This document shows, piece by piece, positions 46,244 to 57,253 of a stretch of DNA of 64,000 nt. This DNA is from an uncultured Actinomycetota bacterium. GTDB taxonomy: Bacteria; Actinomycetota; Actinomycetes; Mycobacteriales; Jatrophihabitantaceae. The DNA lies in contig CAWIXH010000011.1 in the NCBI GenBank assembly GCA_963839995.1, positions 6,152-70,151 on the forward strand, read 5' to 3'. The position numbers were made by a program, and so were the translations under genes. Within the stretch, counting starts at the first letter, position 1. Each line of letters opens with the position of its first letter. Under the pieces are notes generated by a model that did not search any database, was not told the DNA's origin, and saw only the letters and a list, made by a program, of their open reading frames with translations.

Positions 46244-47525
46244 GCCGAGGCCGCCGACGCCGCCGACGACGACCTGTTCGGCCCGGACCGTCGCGGCGAC
46301 GAACTGCCCGAAGACCTGCGCGACCCGGTCACCCGCCGCGAGCGGATCCGCGCCGCCGCCGCGCGGGCCGCGGGCGAGCGGGCCGAACGGCAAGCCCGCG
46401 CCGCCGCCGAGCGGGCCGACGCCGAGCAGTACCTGGACCGGGTCCGCGCCGGCGATCCAACCGCCCCGTCCCAGCCTCCGGCCGGGGTCGACCCGGTCGA
46501 GCTGGCCGAGGCGCGGGTGCAGGGCCAGCGTTGCCGTGCCGAAGCCCGCCGCCGCGCCTGGCAGGCCAAAGCCGACCAGGCCGCCGCGCGGGGCCGCCGC
46601 CTGCCCGGCACCCCGCCCGACCAGCCAGACCAGGCTCTGCCGGTCTTGCGCGCCGAACACGCCCTCGACACCGCCCGCGAGAACGCCGCGCTCGGGAACG
46701 CGGCACGCCAGAACCCGCCGACCGGGCCGCCGGGCAAGGCGGCAACACCGGGCAAGGCGAACCGGCACAACATCACCGACCCCGACAGCCGGATCATGCC
46801 CACCCGCAACGGCTGGGTCCAGGGCTACAACGCCCACCTCGCCGTCACCGCCGACTGGCTCGTCCTCGGCGTCACCCTGACCCAGAACCCAGCCGACACC
46901 GAGCAGTTCACCCCGATGATGGACACCGCCGTCGCCGCCGCCGAACGCCTCGCCCCGCACCGGCCGCCCCAGCACCGGCAACCAGCCCAGCAGCCCCGCC
47001 CAGCCCGCGGCGATCGGGCTCGTGCTCGCCGACGCCGGCTACCTGTCCACCGACAACCTCACCGCCCCCGGCCCGGACCGGCTCATCGCCGCCGGCAAAC
47101 ACCGCGACCTCGACCGCGAGGCCCGCGACAACCCCGCCCAAGGACCCCCACCCGACACCGCCGGGCCGATCGAACGAATGCGGCACCGGCTGCGAACCCC
47201 CGACGGCGCCACCGCCTACAAACAGCGCGGCGCCACCGTCGAAACCGTCAACGCCCACATCAAAGACATCATCGGACTGCGCCGCTTCAGCATGCGCGGC
47301 CTCACCGCCTGCACCGCAGAACTCAACCTCACCGCTGCCACCGCGAACCTGCTCAAACTCCACCGAGCCGGCCTCACGCCCACCGGCTGACCACCCCGAG
47401 CACCCCACCCGCGGCCCGCGCCACCAGGCTTCCCCGCCCAACACGGTGCAGACATCGCCAAGCAGGCAACGGCCATTGCCACACCCCAGCCCAGCCGCGC
47501 CGCCGAACCTGCAACAGGCTCCATG

Positions 47526-47835
47526 ACGCAGGACGATCCTCAAGATCACCGACTTCGTGATCCCGCTGGACGACGTGCCAGCGGACGTGCAGAAGGCCGT
47601 CAAACACTGGTCGCAATGGATCGACTACTGGGCCGTCGACTGGGACAACAAGGGCGACGCCTTCCACAACGAGTGGCAGGCGTATCGCACTCGCAAGTCC
47701 ACAGACCTCGTGTTGTCCGCCGAGCACGAGTACGCGCAGGCCGGCGAGTACAACGTCGTGGTCAAAGTGATCGACATCCTCGGCAACGACACGACCAAGA
47801 CGATCGCAGTAAAGGTCGCGGGTCATGGTCGGTAG
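47526..47835 (+). pseudogene. C-terminal ~100 codons of a type III-style DNA methyltransferase (Mod), 5'-truncated at the IS1182 end
   Basis: RRTILKITDFVIPLDDVPADVQKAVKHWSQWIDYWAVDWDNKGDAFHNEWQAYRTRKSTDLVLSAEHEYAQAGEYNVVVKVIDILGNDTTKTIAVKV. It overlaps the start of the res gene. The family was recognised from memory. Confidence 0.55.
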
Positions 47836-49559
47836 GGGGCGGCGACCGGTCAGACGCCAGGAGGAGAGCCTGCTCGAAGCTCAGGTCACCACCGCCGTCT
47901 GTGTCGCCGCCATCCGCAAGGAGCTGGAGGGCTGGCGCGCGAGCAAGTACCGCGGCGCGAGCGACACGACAAGAACGCTGCTCAACTACTGGTTCGCCAC
48001 CGAACATCGCCCTGGGGGCCGGCCATTCCGGTACTACGCCGCCCAGCGTGAGGCGGTCGAGACGCTCGTCTGGCTGTACGAGGTCGAGCAGGTTCGTCGG
48101 CACCGCGACCTCGTCGAGCGCTTTACTCGTATCCCCGGGATTCACTTGCTGCAGTACGACGAGTTCACGCGGTACGCGGTCAAGATGGCGACCGGCAGCG
48201 GCAAGACAAAGGTCATGGCGCTCACGGTGGCCTGGCAGTACTTCAACGCGATCGCGGAGGGCCGCGACGACTTCGCGACGACGTTCCTCGTGGTCGCTCC
48301 CAACGTCATCGTGTTCGAGCGCCTGCGCGCCGACTTCGGCGGTGGCCGTGTGTTCCGCACGGACCCGGTGATCCCGCCGGAGCTTCGGATCTTCTGGGAC
48401 CTGGACTTCTACATGCGCGGCGATCCCGAGCGTGCGAGTTCCCAGGGCGCCCTGTACCTCACGAATGTGCAGCAGATGTACGCGCGTGGGGGCGGAGAGT
48501 CGACCGAGCCGGACGTCATGACGGATGTGCTCGGGCCGATTCCGCCGGCCACCACCGACGACGTCGTGGACTTCCAGACGCGTATCGCGGACCGCGGCGT
48601 TCCGTGCATGGTGATCAACGACGAGGGGCACCACCTTCACGACGAGGACAGCGAGTGGAACCAGGTCATCCGTCGCCTGCACGCTGACAGCCCGGTGGGC
48701 CTCGCGGCCCAGCTCGACTTCTCGGCGACGCCTCGGTACCAGAAGGGCAGTCTCTTCACATGGACCGTCTTCGACTACCCGCTCAAGCAGGCGATCATCG
48801 ACGGCGTCGTGAAGCAGCCCATGAAGGGCATTACGCACGGGCTGAAGGATCAGCCCTCGGATGTCGCCAGCGTGCGGTACCGGGCGTACCTCACCGCAGG
48901 CGTCGAGCGATGGCGGGAGTACCGCAAGCAGCTCGAACCACTCGGCAAGAAGCCCGTGCTCTTCGTGATGATGAATAGCACGACGGACGCCGACGACGTC
49001 GGCGACTACCTACGCGTCAAGTACCCCGACGAGTTCGGTGCCAACAATGCCGGCGACGCGCAGCTACTCGTCATCCATACCGATCGCAGCGGCGACGTAT
49101 CCAAGAAGGATCTGGACGCCGCGCGAGCGGTTGCACGCCAGGTCGACGAAGGATCGAGCCCCGTCAACGCGATCGTGAGCGTGCTCATGCTGCGCGAAGG
49201 ATGGGACGTTCAGAACGTCACGGTAATCGTCGGCCTGCGGCCGTACACCTCGAAGGCCAACATCCTGCCGGAGCAGACGATCGGACGCGGACTGCGCCGC
49301 ATGTTCGCGGGCTCGACGGTGATGAGCTACACCGAGCGAGTCGACGTCATCGGCAACGCGGCGTTCTTGAAGTTCGTCGAGCAGTTGGAACGCGACGAGG
49401 ACATCACGCTGGACACGTTCGACCTCAAGGATCCGGTCGTCATCACGACGATCCAGCCGGACGAGCACAAGATGTCGCGTGACATTGCGATCCCGGTGTT
49501 GAGTCCGATCCTTGCTCGCAAGAAGACGCTCGCCGAGGAGATCGAGGCGATCGACGTGG
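47825..49559 (+). pseudogene. Type III restriction enzyme Res subunit (SF2 helicase), 3'-truncated by IS256 copy B
   Basis: KMATGSGKT (motif I), VINDEGHH (motif II), DFSATP, MLREGWDVQNV, QTIGRGLR (motif VI). Similarity ends about ...EEIEAIDVGA. Confidence 0.8.
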
Positions 49560-49692
49560 GTGCGGTGGTGAGCCAGTCGGTGAGCCGTTCGAGCAGGTCG
49601 GCGGTCTGCTCGACGCAGTGGTCGTCGAGCAGCACCCAGGGCGTGCGCACGGCGTGCTGGCCGTGGTGCTGGTCGTGGGCCTGGTCGGGCAT
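49560..49692 (-). pseudogene. Truncated second ORF of IS256 copy B
   Basis: The ATG lies 1 nt after the transposase stop. MPDQAHDQHHGQHAVRTPWVLLDDHCVEQTADLLERLTDWLTTAP, then the read-through enters antisense res sequence. Confidence 0.45.
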
Positions 49693-49693
49693 G

Positions 49694-51115
49694 TCAGTTC
49701 ACTCCTTCGGGCAGTCGGCCGGGGTAGGCGATGGCGAGGGCGTTGAGGGCCTGTTTCCAGCCGGTGACGAGTTGGCCTTCGACGAGCCGGCCGGGTGCGG
49801 TGCGCTTGGTGGCCGGCTTGCCGCGGTCGTTCTCGCGGGCGCGAGCTCGTTTGTCCTCGATGTCGCAGATCGCCAGCCAGAGCAGCTTGGTCACCGCGTC
49901 GTCGTTGGGGAAGTGCCCCCGGTTCTTGATGATCTTGCGTAGTTGGTAGTTCAGGCTTTCGATCGCGTTCGTCGTGTAAATGATCTTCCTTACTTCCGGT
50001 GGGAAGGCCAGGAACGGGGTGAACCGCTCCCAGGCGCGTTCCCAGACGCCGACCGCGCCGGGGTAGCGGCGGCCCAGCTCGCTGTCGCTGAAGGCGGCCA
50101 ACGCGCTCAGCGCGGCGTCTTCGGTGGCGGCGGTGTAGACGACGCGCAACGCGGCGGCGACGGCCTTGCGGTCGGCGTAGGACACGTAACGCAACGCCGC
50201 TCGAATGAGGTGCACCACGCAGGTCTGGGTGATGGTGCGCGGCCAGACCGTCTCGATCGCCTCGGGCAGGCCTTCCAGGCCGTCGCAGCAGGCGATGAGC
50301 ACGTCACGCACGCCGCGGTTGCGCAGCTCGGTGAGCACCTGCAGCCAGAACTTCGCGCCCTCGGTGGTCTGCACCCAGATGCCCAGCACGTGCTTGATGC
50401 CGTCGGTGTCCACCCCGATGACGATGTGCGCGGCCTTGTTGGTCACGTGCGCGCCGTCGCGGACTTTGACCACCAGCGCGTCGATGTAGACGATCGGGTA
50501 GACCGGGTCCAGCGGCCGGGTCTGCCAGGCCTTGACCTCCTCGAGCACCGCGTCGGTGATCGAGGAGATGGTCTGCCGGGAGACCTCGACGCCCAGCGTG
50601 CGGGCCAGGTGATGCTCGATGTCGCGCACCGTCATCCCGCCGGCATACAAGCTGATGATCATGTCGTCGAGGCCGCCGGCCAGCCGCCGCTCCCCCTTGG
50701 GCACCAGCCGCGGGGTGAACGTGCCGGCCCGGTCGCGGGGCACGTCCAGGCCGATCGGGCCGGCCTCGGTCAACACCGTCTTCGGGGTGCTGCCGTTGCG
50801 TGAGTTCGGCGCGCCGCGCCCGGCCGGGTCGCCCTTCTCGTAGCCGAGATGATCGGCCCGCTCCACCTCCAGGCCACGCTCGAGGACCCGCTTGATCAGC
50901 TCCGGCAAGAACCCGCCCTCGCCGGTCAGCCGCAACTCACCGGCGCCGGCCGAGGCGATCAGCCGGTCCAGCCACGCCTCGTCGACCAGCTCGTCGGCGA
51001 CCTCGCCCGCCGTGCGCCGGCGGCCCCGCTGGCACGCCCAGGCCGGCATCGTCGAGTCCCCGGCCACCGGGCCCTCGGCATCCGAGTCCAGATCCGTGAT
51101 CAGTGCTGCGCACAT
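49694..51115 (-). CDS. IS256-family transposase (copy B)
   Basis: It is collinear with copy A with scattered substitutions, and is 473 codons long. Confidence 0.9.
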   Translation of the reverse strand: MCAALITDLDSDAEGPVAGDSTMPAWACQRGRRRTAGEVADELVDEAWLDRLIASAGAGELRLTGEGGFLPELIKRVLERGLEVERADHLGYEKGDPAGRGAPNSRNGSTPKTVLTEAGPIGLDVPRDRAGTFTPRLVPKGERRLAGGLDDMIISLYAGGMTVRDIEHHLARTLGVEVSRQTISSITDAVLEEVKAWQTRPLDPVYPIVYIDALVVKVRDGAHVTNKAAHIVIGVDTDGIKHVLGIWVQTTEGAKFWLQVLTELRNRGVRDVLIACCDGLEGLPEAIETVWPRTITQTCVVHLIRAALRYVSYADRKAVAAALRVVYTAATEDAALSALAAFSDSELGRRYPGAVGVWERAWERFTPFLAFPPEVRKIIYTTNAIESLNYQLRKIIKNRGHFPNDDAVTKLLWLAICDIEDKRARARENDRGKPATKRTAPGRLVEGQLVTGWKQALNALAIAYPGRLPEGVN

Positions 51116-51200
51116 GATCGGTGCTCCTTCCTACCTGAAAGTCACAACAGTCACTTCAGGCTCTCAGGCACCTCCCGTACACAGACCATTTGACACGCTC

Positions 51201-52217
51201 TCGCTGATCGCCCTGCACGGCGTGTCCACCCTCGTGCTGGTCAACCGCAAGACGCTGGCCGACCAGTGGCGCTCCCGCATCCACGACCTCCTCGGCATCA
51301 AACCGGGCCAGCGCGGCGGTGGCCGGGCGAAGACCACAGGCGTGATCGACATCGCGACCCTGCAGAGCCTGTCGCGCGCGCAGGACGTCGCGGACCTGAC
51401 CGCGGGCTACGGGCTCGTGATCGTCGACGAGTGCCACCACGTCCCAGCCGCCGCCTACGAGCACGCGATCGCGCAGATCCCGGCGCGGCGCTGGCTCGGT
51501 CTGACCGCCACCCCCTACCGGCGTGACCAGCTCGACGAGCTGATCGCGCTGCAGGTCGGCCCGGTGCGCCACGTCATCACGCAGCGGCCAGCCGGCACGC
51601 TGCCCGCCCACCCGCTGCGTCCCAGCGCACCGCAGCCGATCCTGCACCTACACACCACCGGCTTCACCTACACCGGCGACGCCGATCCGCAGGCGCCGGG
51701 CGGCATGGCGAAGATCAACCGCGCGTGCTTCGAGGACGAGGACCGCAACCGGCAGATCATCGACGACGTGCTCGCCGCGCTCAGCGAAGGCCGGCACTGC
51801 CTGGTGCTCACCCGTCAGGTCGCGCACCTGGAACGACTCAGCGCCGCGCTGGCGCCCCAAGACCCGGTCGTGCTGCGCGGCGGGATGGGCGCCAAAGCCC
51901 GCACCGCCGCCCTGGCACGACTCGCACCGCCAGCCGACGACCAAGCGCCGCTGCTCGCCGTCGCGACCGGCTCCTACATCGGTGAAGGCTTCGACTGCCC
52001 GATCCTGGACACGCTCTTCCTCACCGCGCCCATCGCGCAGAAGGGCGACCTCGTGCAATACGTCGGTCGCATCCTGCGCCCCCATCCCGGCAAGATCACC
52101 GCCGAAGTCCACGACTACCACGACCTGCGCACCGGCGTGCTCGCCGCGTCACTGGCCAAGCGCGCCCCCGGCTACACCAGCCTCGGCTTCCCCGACCCGC
52201 GACGCGCCACAAGTTGA
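51201..52217 (+). pseudogene. SF2 (DEAD/DEAH-type) helicase, 5'-truncated at the IS256 copy B end
   Basis: It starts at [23 protein letters not shown]. Motifs: VIVDECHH (II), GLTATP (III), [16 protein letters not shown] (VI). It is distinct from the Res helicase. Confidence 0.7.
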
Positions 52218-52353
52218 GACGCCCTCGTCCGCATCTCCACCGACGCGCACCACAGACCCATCAGCGCGGCACAGACCCGACCGCGGTGTTGGCCGACGCG
52301 GCCAACCACGGTTATATATACTCATTGGATATACCGACATCCAGGAGTCGACC

Positions 52354-52566
52354 ATGGCCAAGACTCTCATCGACATCGACGACGACCTGCTCACCCGCGC
52401 CCGCACCATTCTCGGGCCGGCGACAAGCAAGAAGGACGCCGTCAACACCGCGCTGTCCAAGCTGGTCCGCCTGCACGAGCAACGCGCGACCATCGACTGG
52501 ATCATCGACACCGACCCAGCCGCCGACCTGCGCAAGCCCGCCATCCGTGCGGCTGCCCGCAGGTGA
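52354..52566 (+). CDS. vapB: VapB-type antitoxin
   Basis: MAKTLIDIDDDLLTRARTILGPATSKKDAVNTALSKLV. It overlaps the vapC start by 4 nt. Confidence 0.8.
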   Translation: MAKTLIDIDDDLLTRARTILGPATSKKDAVNTALSKLVRLHEQRATIDWIIDTDPAADLRKPAIRAAARR

Positions 52567-52988
52567 CCCGCTACCTCATCGACAACAGCGTCCTGCAACG
52601 ACTACCCCGCAGCAGCCAGATCCGCGCCGCCGTCACCGACATCCTCGACGCCGAAGACGAGCTGTGCAGCTGCGCGGCCACCCTCGACGAATTCGCCTAC
52701 AGCGCCCGCTCTCCCACCGAACACGCCGAATCCGTACGGCGGCTACGCTACTCGCTCCTCTACCTACCCCTGGCTCCGTCGATCGACCAGATCATCATCG
52801 ACATCCGCGCCGCCCTCTTCGCCGCCGGCAAAGGACGAGCCGCCGGAGTCATCGACGTCCAGATCGCCGCCACCGCCGCGCACCACCACGCCACCGTGCT
52901 GCACTACGACTCCGACTACGACCACATCCACGACGCCTACCCGCAGCTATCCACCCGCTGGATCGTCCCCCGCGGCACCACCGACTAG
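52563..52988 (+). CDS. vapC: PIN-domain toxin VapC
   Basis: VTRYLIDNSVLQRL...DVQIAATAAHHHATVLHYDSDYDHI. Confidence 0.85.
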   Translation: MTRYLIDNSVLQRLPRSSQIRAAVTDILDAEDELCSCAATLDEFAYSARSPTEHAESVRRLRYSLLYLPLAPSIDQIIIDIRAALFAAGKGRAAGVIDVQIAATAAHHHATVLHYDSDYDHIHDAYPQLSTRWIVPRGTTD

Positions 52989-53535
52989 CGGGCCGACACC
53001 CTCGCAGCCCGGCCCGCCGGAGGCCGACGTGGCCCAGCGCAATGGGGCAACAGGTTTGCCGCGCGATCGGGCTCGGCGGCCACCTCCCGAGTTGCGGCCG
53101 CCGGACGTTATGGGTCATCTCAACGCCCGTCGACAACCTCGCTCCGGGGAGAACAGAGAACGTGCGGAGACACCAACGTGGTCGTAAACGACTGTTCGCA
53201 CCGGCGCGGTCCAGTGATACTGGGCCTCCAGCGCACTTGGACGACGTGTGCACGAGACGTCGGAGCTGCCGTGGGACCGTGCTAAGGCGAGTCGGCACGC
53301 GTCCGGATAGCCCACCTTCACCGGGCTTAATTGCGGGACAGATATACGGGCATCGCTTTGCTCGTAAGGGATTGCTCGCCCGACTGCCGCCAGCGCTGCC
53401 CGGTCAAGGTTCCCTTCCGTACGCAGCATCCGCTTGGCGTGGTGGTCAACCGGCCCTCGGTGTGGCCTGACCGATGATTCTTCCCCCGCCGTGCTGGTCT
53501 GTACGCCGAATACCGACTCACGGGAGGCTGACGCC

Positions 53536-54099
53536 ATGCGGAAACTGACCTTTGGCATGAACCTGACCCTGGACGGCTATATCGCCGCGCCCGGCGACGA
53601 CCTCGGCTGGAGCGTGCCGAGCGACGAGCTGTTCCAATGGTGGTCCGACCGGGTGGGGGCGACGGTCCTGGCGCTGTATGGGCGCAAACTGTGGGAGACG
53701 ATGAGCTCCTACTGGCCGACCGCCGACCGGCAGCCTGGCGCCACACCGGCGCAGATCGAGTTCGCCCGCCGCTGGCAGGACATGCCGAAGGTGGTGTTCT
53801 CCTCGACGACCAGCGCGGTCGACTGGAACGCCCGCCTGGTCACCGGCGACGCGGTCACCGAGATCACCCGGCTCAAGGCCGAGGATGGCGGTCCCATGGA
53901 CGTCGGCGGCGCCACCTTCGCCGCAGCGGCCATGCGGGCCGGGCTGATCGACGAGTACGTGCTGGCCACCGCACCGATCTTGGTGGGCAGCGGCACACCG
54001 TTCTTTACAGCCCTGGACAACTGGGTGAACCTAACCCTGGTGGAGACCCGGACGTTTCCCGACGGCGTGCTCCTGACCAGGTACGAGACCAGGCGCTGA
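53536..54099 (+). CDS. Dihydrofolate-reductase-family (RibD C-terminal domain) protein
   Basis: GGGAGG at 53522-53527 and ATG at 53536. MRKLTFGMNLTLDGYIAAPGDDLGW...YGRKLWETMSSYWP...LIDEYVLATAPILVGSGTPFF. Confidence 0.85.
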   Translation: MRKLTFGMNLTLDGYIAAPGDDLGWSVPSDELFQWWSDRVGATVLALYGRKLWETMSSYWPTADRQPGATPAQIEFARRWQDMPKVVFSSTTSAVDWNARLVTGDAVTEITRLKAEDGGPMDVGGATFAAAAMRAGLIDEYVLATAPILVGSGTPFFTALDNWVNLTLVETRTFPDGVLLTRYETRR

Positions 54100-54165
54100 A
54101 TACCCGACCTCGGATCGGCGCGGGCTTCGGGCCACCCAAGGATCCCGTGGCCGTTAGGGGATCGA

Positions 54166-55327
54166 TCAGCGGGTGAGTGCCAAGACCGCATCGGCCGCGG
54201 CCTCGACCGGTGGCAGCGCCTCTGCCTCTGAGCGCAGCTGGGCGGCGGACGCGCGGTATGAGGGTGTGTTGAGCACGTCGTCGACGGCGTCGCGCACATC
54301 GTCCGGCGACGCCGTCAACGCGTCGAGCACCCGTGCGACGCCGAGCGCGACGCACCGGTCGGCGTTGAACGGATGGTCGGCCCCCATCGGCAGCAGGGCG
54401 AGCGGAACGCCACAGGCGAGAGAGGACACCACTGTGCCCGAGCCGGCGTGTGAGACCACCGCTTGGCAGTGCGGCAAGAGCTCCCGCTGCGGCACGAACC
54501 GCTCGACGAGGATGTGGTCGCCGCGAGGCCCGAGATCGGTCGGGTCGAGCTCGCGTCCTACGGTGACGACCACATCGACGGGGAGGTGCTCCAACCCGTC
54601 GAGGACGCGAGGGAAGAGATCGCCGGATTCCTGATGGAACACCGTCCCGAGAGTGAAGTACACGAGCGGGCGGCCCGGGCGCCCTGCCAGCCAGCGCTCG
54701 ACGTCGGTGCTCCTGTCGCCTGGCAGCCCGCCGGCGAGGACATCAGGATGGTAGGTGAGAGCGCGTGCCGGCAGCCGCGACGCCGGGTCACGAAACGACG
54801 GCATGACCGGGACGAGAGTGAGGTGCCGGTCCAGGAAGTCTGGCGACTGGTGTGCCAGCCCGACCTCGTCGCACAGCTTCGCGAGCGGCTCGTCCAGGAG
54901 GCCGGGGGTGATCATGGCGCCGGAGGCCAGAACGGGTCACAGTCGCATGGGGGACGCCGAGCGACTCGGCGGCCACGGCGGCACCGAAGTCGACCTCGTC
55001 GCGTACTACGACGTCTGGGTGGAACGATCGGCCAACCTCGGTTATGCGCTTGGCCCGCTCCCGCGCGACCCGGCCGGCGAAGACGGTGCTGATCACTGCG
55101 ACCTCGTCCGACCGGTCGGCGACTACCAGGGGACGCCGGTCCTCCGCCGCGGCGAGCGTTCGTCCGCCGCTGTCGACGGCCTCGAAGCCAGCCCGGCGCA
55201 CGGTATCGAGCATCCCGGACTGGCAGGTGTAGAGGATGTCGTGGCCCGCGGCGGCGAGGGCGCCGGCCACCGGCAGCGTCGGCCGGAAGTGCCCTGATCC
55301 ACCAGTGAACGCAAACAGTGCACGCAC
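54166..55327 (-). pseudogene. GT1-family (macrolide/UDP-glycosyltransferase-like) glycosyltransferase, 1-nt frameshift at the G3 run 54934-54936
   Basis: MRALFAFTGGSGHFRPTLPVAGALAAAGHD...SLGVPHATV then (next frame) VLASGAMITPGLLDEPL...VSHAGSGTVVSSLACGVPLALLPMGADHPFNA. Confidence 0.75.
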
Positions 55328-55364
55328 CGCGCCAGTCTCGCAGGACGATCCGGCTGCGAAACGT

Positions 55365-56254
55365 TTACAGGCGTCGTCGGAAGCCTCGGTCGTTGCGGAC
55401 GAGAGTCTGGAATCCGGCTCGTTGAAGTTCGGTGAGGTACTCGGAAGGGTCGACGTCAGCGGCCCAGTAGTCGATCAGTCTCGTGACACCGCCGAGCAGC
55501 AGCCATCGCGCGGCCGTGGACAGCAGGGCCGGAATGACCGCGGCTGGGTCGGCTCCATCGGTGAGGACCAGATTGCCGACGTCCGCCCAGGGTGCCGTGA
55601 GCGAACTGCGGGTCAGCTCCGTGCTGGGTTGGCAGACCTCGATGTAGCCACGGACTTGCTCGTCGACAAGCAGGGTGAACCGGGTGCCGAGCGTGCCGAC
55701 CGTGCGCACGATGCTCGCGCCGTCGTCGGCGGTGCCGAGAAGGTCCTCACAGCACGCGGTGAGCACGAACTCACGGCGGGCCGGCTCGCCGAAACCCGCT
55801 TGGTTGAGCAGGTCACGTAGGTGCGGCATCGTGTCCGGGATGCCGTAGCAGGCGCGGGAAGAGCGCAATCGAAACCGACCGCGGACACGCCCCGGCGGCG
55901 CATCTGCTCCATGGCCGCCGCGAGCAGCACCTGGCCGTCGGTGATTGCGTCGGTGTGGCACACCAGCCAGCGCACGTCGCCCACGCCGCGGTAGCTGTCG
56001 CTGACGTCATCATCGGTGCGGAACCGGTGCAGCAACGTCGCCGCGACGATGCGGTGTTCGAACTCGGCGACCAAGCAGCACCGCTCGGCGACCCACGGGT
56101 CGAGGATGCTCTCGCCAGGCTCACGCTCCAGCTGCGACAGCACCGTGTTCACCGAGAGCACCACGCCGGGGATCACCGCAGCGACACGCAGATTGATCAA
56201 TTCGGTGAGCTGGTCACGATCGCGGCGCTCGAAACGTCGAACGACAACAGGCAT
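55365..56254 (-). pseudogene. GNAT-family acetyltransferase-like protein, 1-nt frameshift near 55851
   Basis: MPVVVRRFERRDRDQLTELINL...AAMEQMRRRGVSAVGFDCALPAPA then (next frame) CYGIPDTMPHLRDLLNQAGF... Confidence 0.65.
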
Positions 56255-56512
56255 GCGGGCACTCCCGGGTCTCGCTACGAATGGGGGAAGCCGCTGCCAG
56301 TGCGGGACAGGGCAACTGTAACCGTTCGTCGCTCGTCGGCGTGCGCCCGCTGATCGTTCCCCCTACGGTGATGACCAAGGGCAGCTGCCCTTGCTCCAGC
56401 GGGCGCCATTCGTCTCCTCACTGGTTGTCAGGGAAGCTGCCCAGTCATATCGATCAAGAGCAGCGGCGACCACCGTCGCAGTCTCGGGCCCGGCCGGTGG
56501 AAGACTGCGGCG

Positions 56513-57244
56513 GTGACTGACACGCAGAGTCGCAGACCCGACCCACGCTGGCAGACAGAGCTCGACGACGTGCTCAGTGACGCGCGGACGGTAGTGAACG
56601 TCGGTGCCGGCACAGGCTCGTACGAGCCGGGCGACCGCTACGTGCTGGCGATCGAGCCGTCGGGCTTGATGATTAGCCAGCGACCGGCTGGCGCGGCGCC
56701 GGCTCTGCAGGCTTCGGCTGAGGACCTGCCCATCGCGGACGGGCAGTTCGACGTCGCGATGGCACTCGTGACGATCCATCACTGGCGAAACTGGGAGGCC
56801 GGGCTGCGCGAAATGCAACGGGTGGCCGCCCGCGTCGTCGTGCTGCACTTTGATCCGGTCCTACATGCCACGTTCTGGCTGGCTCGGGACTATCTGCCGG
56901 AACTGGCGGACGTCTGGCGCGGCGGTCCCCGGGTGCGGCAGGTTGCTGCACGAGTTGGCCCCGGCGCGGAGATCCGAGAACTCGCGGTCCCATGGGACTG
57001 CGTCGACGGGTTCCTTCCGGCGTACTGGCGACGGCCGGAGGCGTACCTGGATCCGAAGGTGCAGCAGTCGATGTCCGGTCTCCAATTGCTCGACCGGGAC
57101 GTGCTGTCGCACGGCATCGAGAAGTTGCGCGCAGACCTGCAGGACGGCACCTGGCGGCGCCGGAACGCGAAGTTGCTCGACGCCGACGTCCTCGACGTCG
57201 GGTGGCGGCTGATCGCCGGTCCGCCGCAGACGGACAGCCAGTAG
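56513..57244 (+). CDS. Class I SAM-dependent methyltransferase
   Basis: VVNVGAGTGSYEP (motif I) ... DGQFDVAMALVTIHHW. Confidence 0.8.
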   Translation: MTDTQSRRPDPRWQTELDDVLSDARTVVNVGAGTGSYEPGDRYVLAIEPSGLMISQRPAGAAPALQASAEDLPIADGQFDVAMALVTIHHWRNWEAGLREMQRVAARVVVLHFDPVLHATFWLARDYLPELADVWRGGPRVRQVAARVGPGAEIRELAVPWDCVDGFLPAYWRRPEAYLDPKVQQSMSGLQLLDRDVLSHGIEKLRADLQDGTWRRRNAKLLDADVLDVGWRLIAGPPQTDSQ

Positions 57245-57253
57245 CCGATCGGC

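Larger units (their letters stand above)
43886..47390 (+). pseudogene. IS1182-family transposase: split by IS256 at 44407/44408, with a further frameshift near 46950-47010
   Basis: DYRPVDRAQPFLLPPDMRDWLPADHVVWFVIEVV...GTKIAANASLGANRSEDWLREQVDRIVAE | AEAADAADDDLFGPD...ITDPDSRIMPTRNGWVQGYNAHLAVTADWLVLGVTLTQNPADTEQF / IGLVLADAGYLSTDNL...AYKQRGATVETVNAHIKDIIGLRRFSMRGL. Confidence 0.75.
43826..47525 (+). mobile_element. IS1182-family (IS5-like) insertion sequence, itself disrupted by IS256
   Basis: The terminal inverted repeats are catggagcctgttgcaagttcggcg (43826-) and cgccgaacctgcaacaggctccatg (-47525). Confidence 0.75.
49560..51200 (-). mobile_element. IS256-family insertion sequence, copy B (diverged from A; right end deleted)
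   Basis: The left inverted repeat gagcgtgtcaaatggtctgtgtacggg ends at 51200. On the other side the element breaks off inside ORF2 at about 49560. No duplication is seen and the two flanks are unrelated. Confidence 0.75.

Noticed and set aside
46225-47560. Long Pro/Arg/Thr-rich ORFs (433 and 347 aa) across the right half of the IS1182-family element.
   Set aside because: They are alternative or run-on frames of the frameshifted transposase gene. Only the segments with DDE-transposase motifs were kept.
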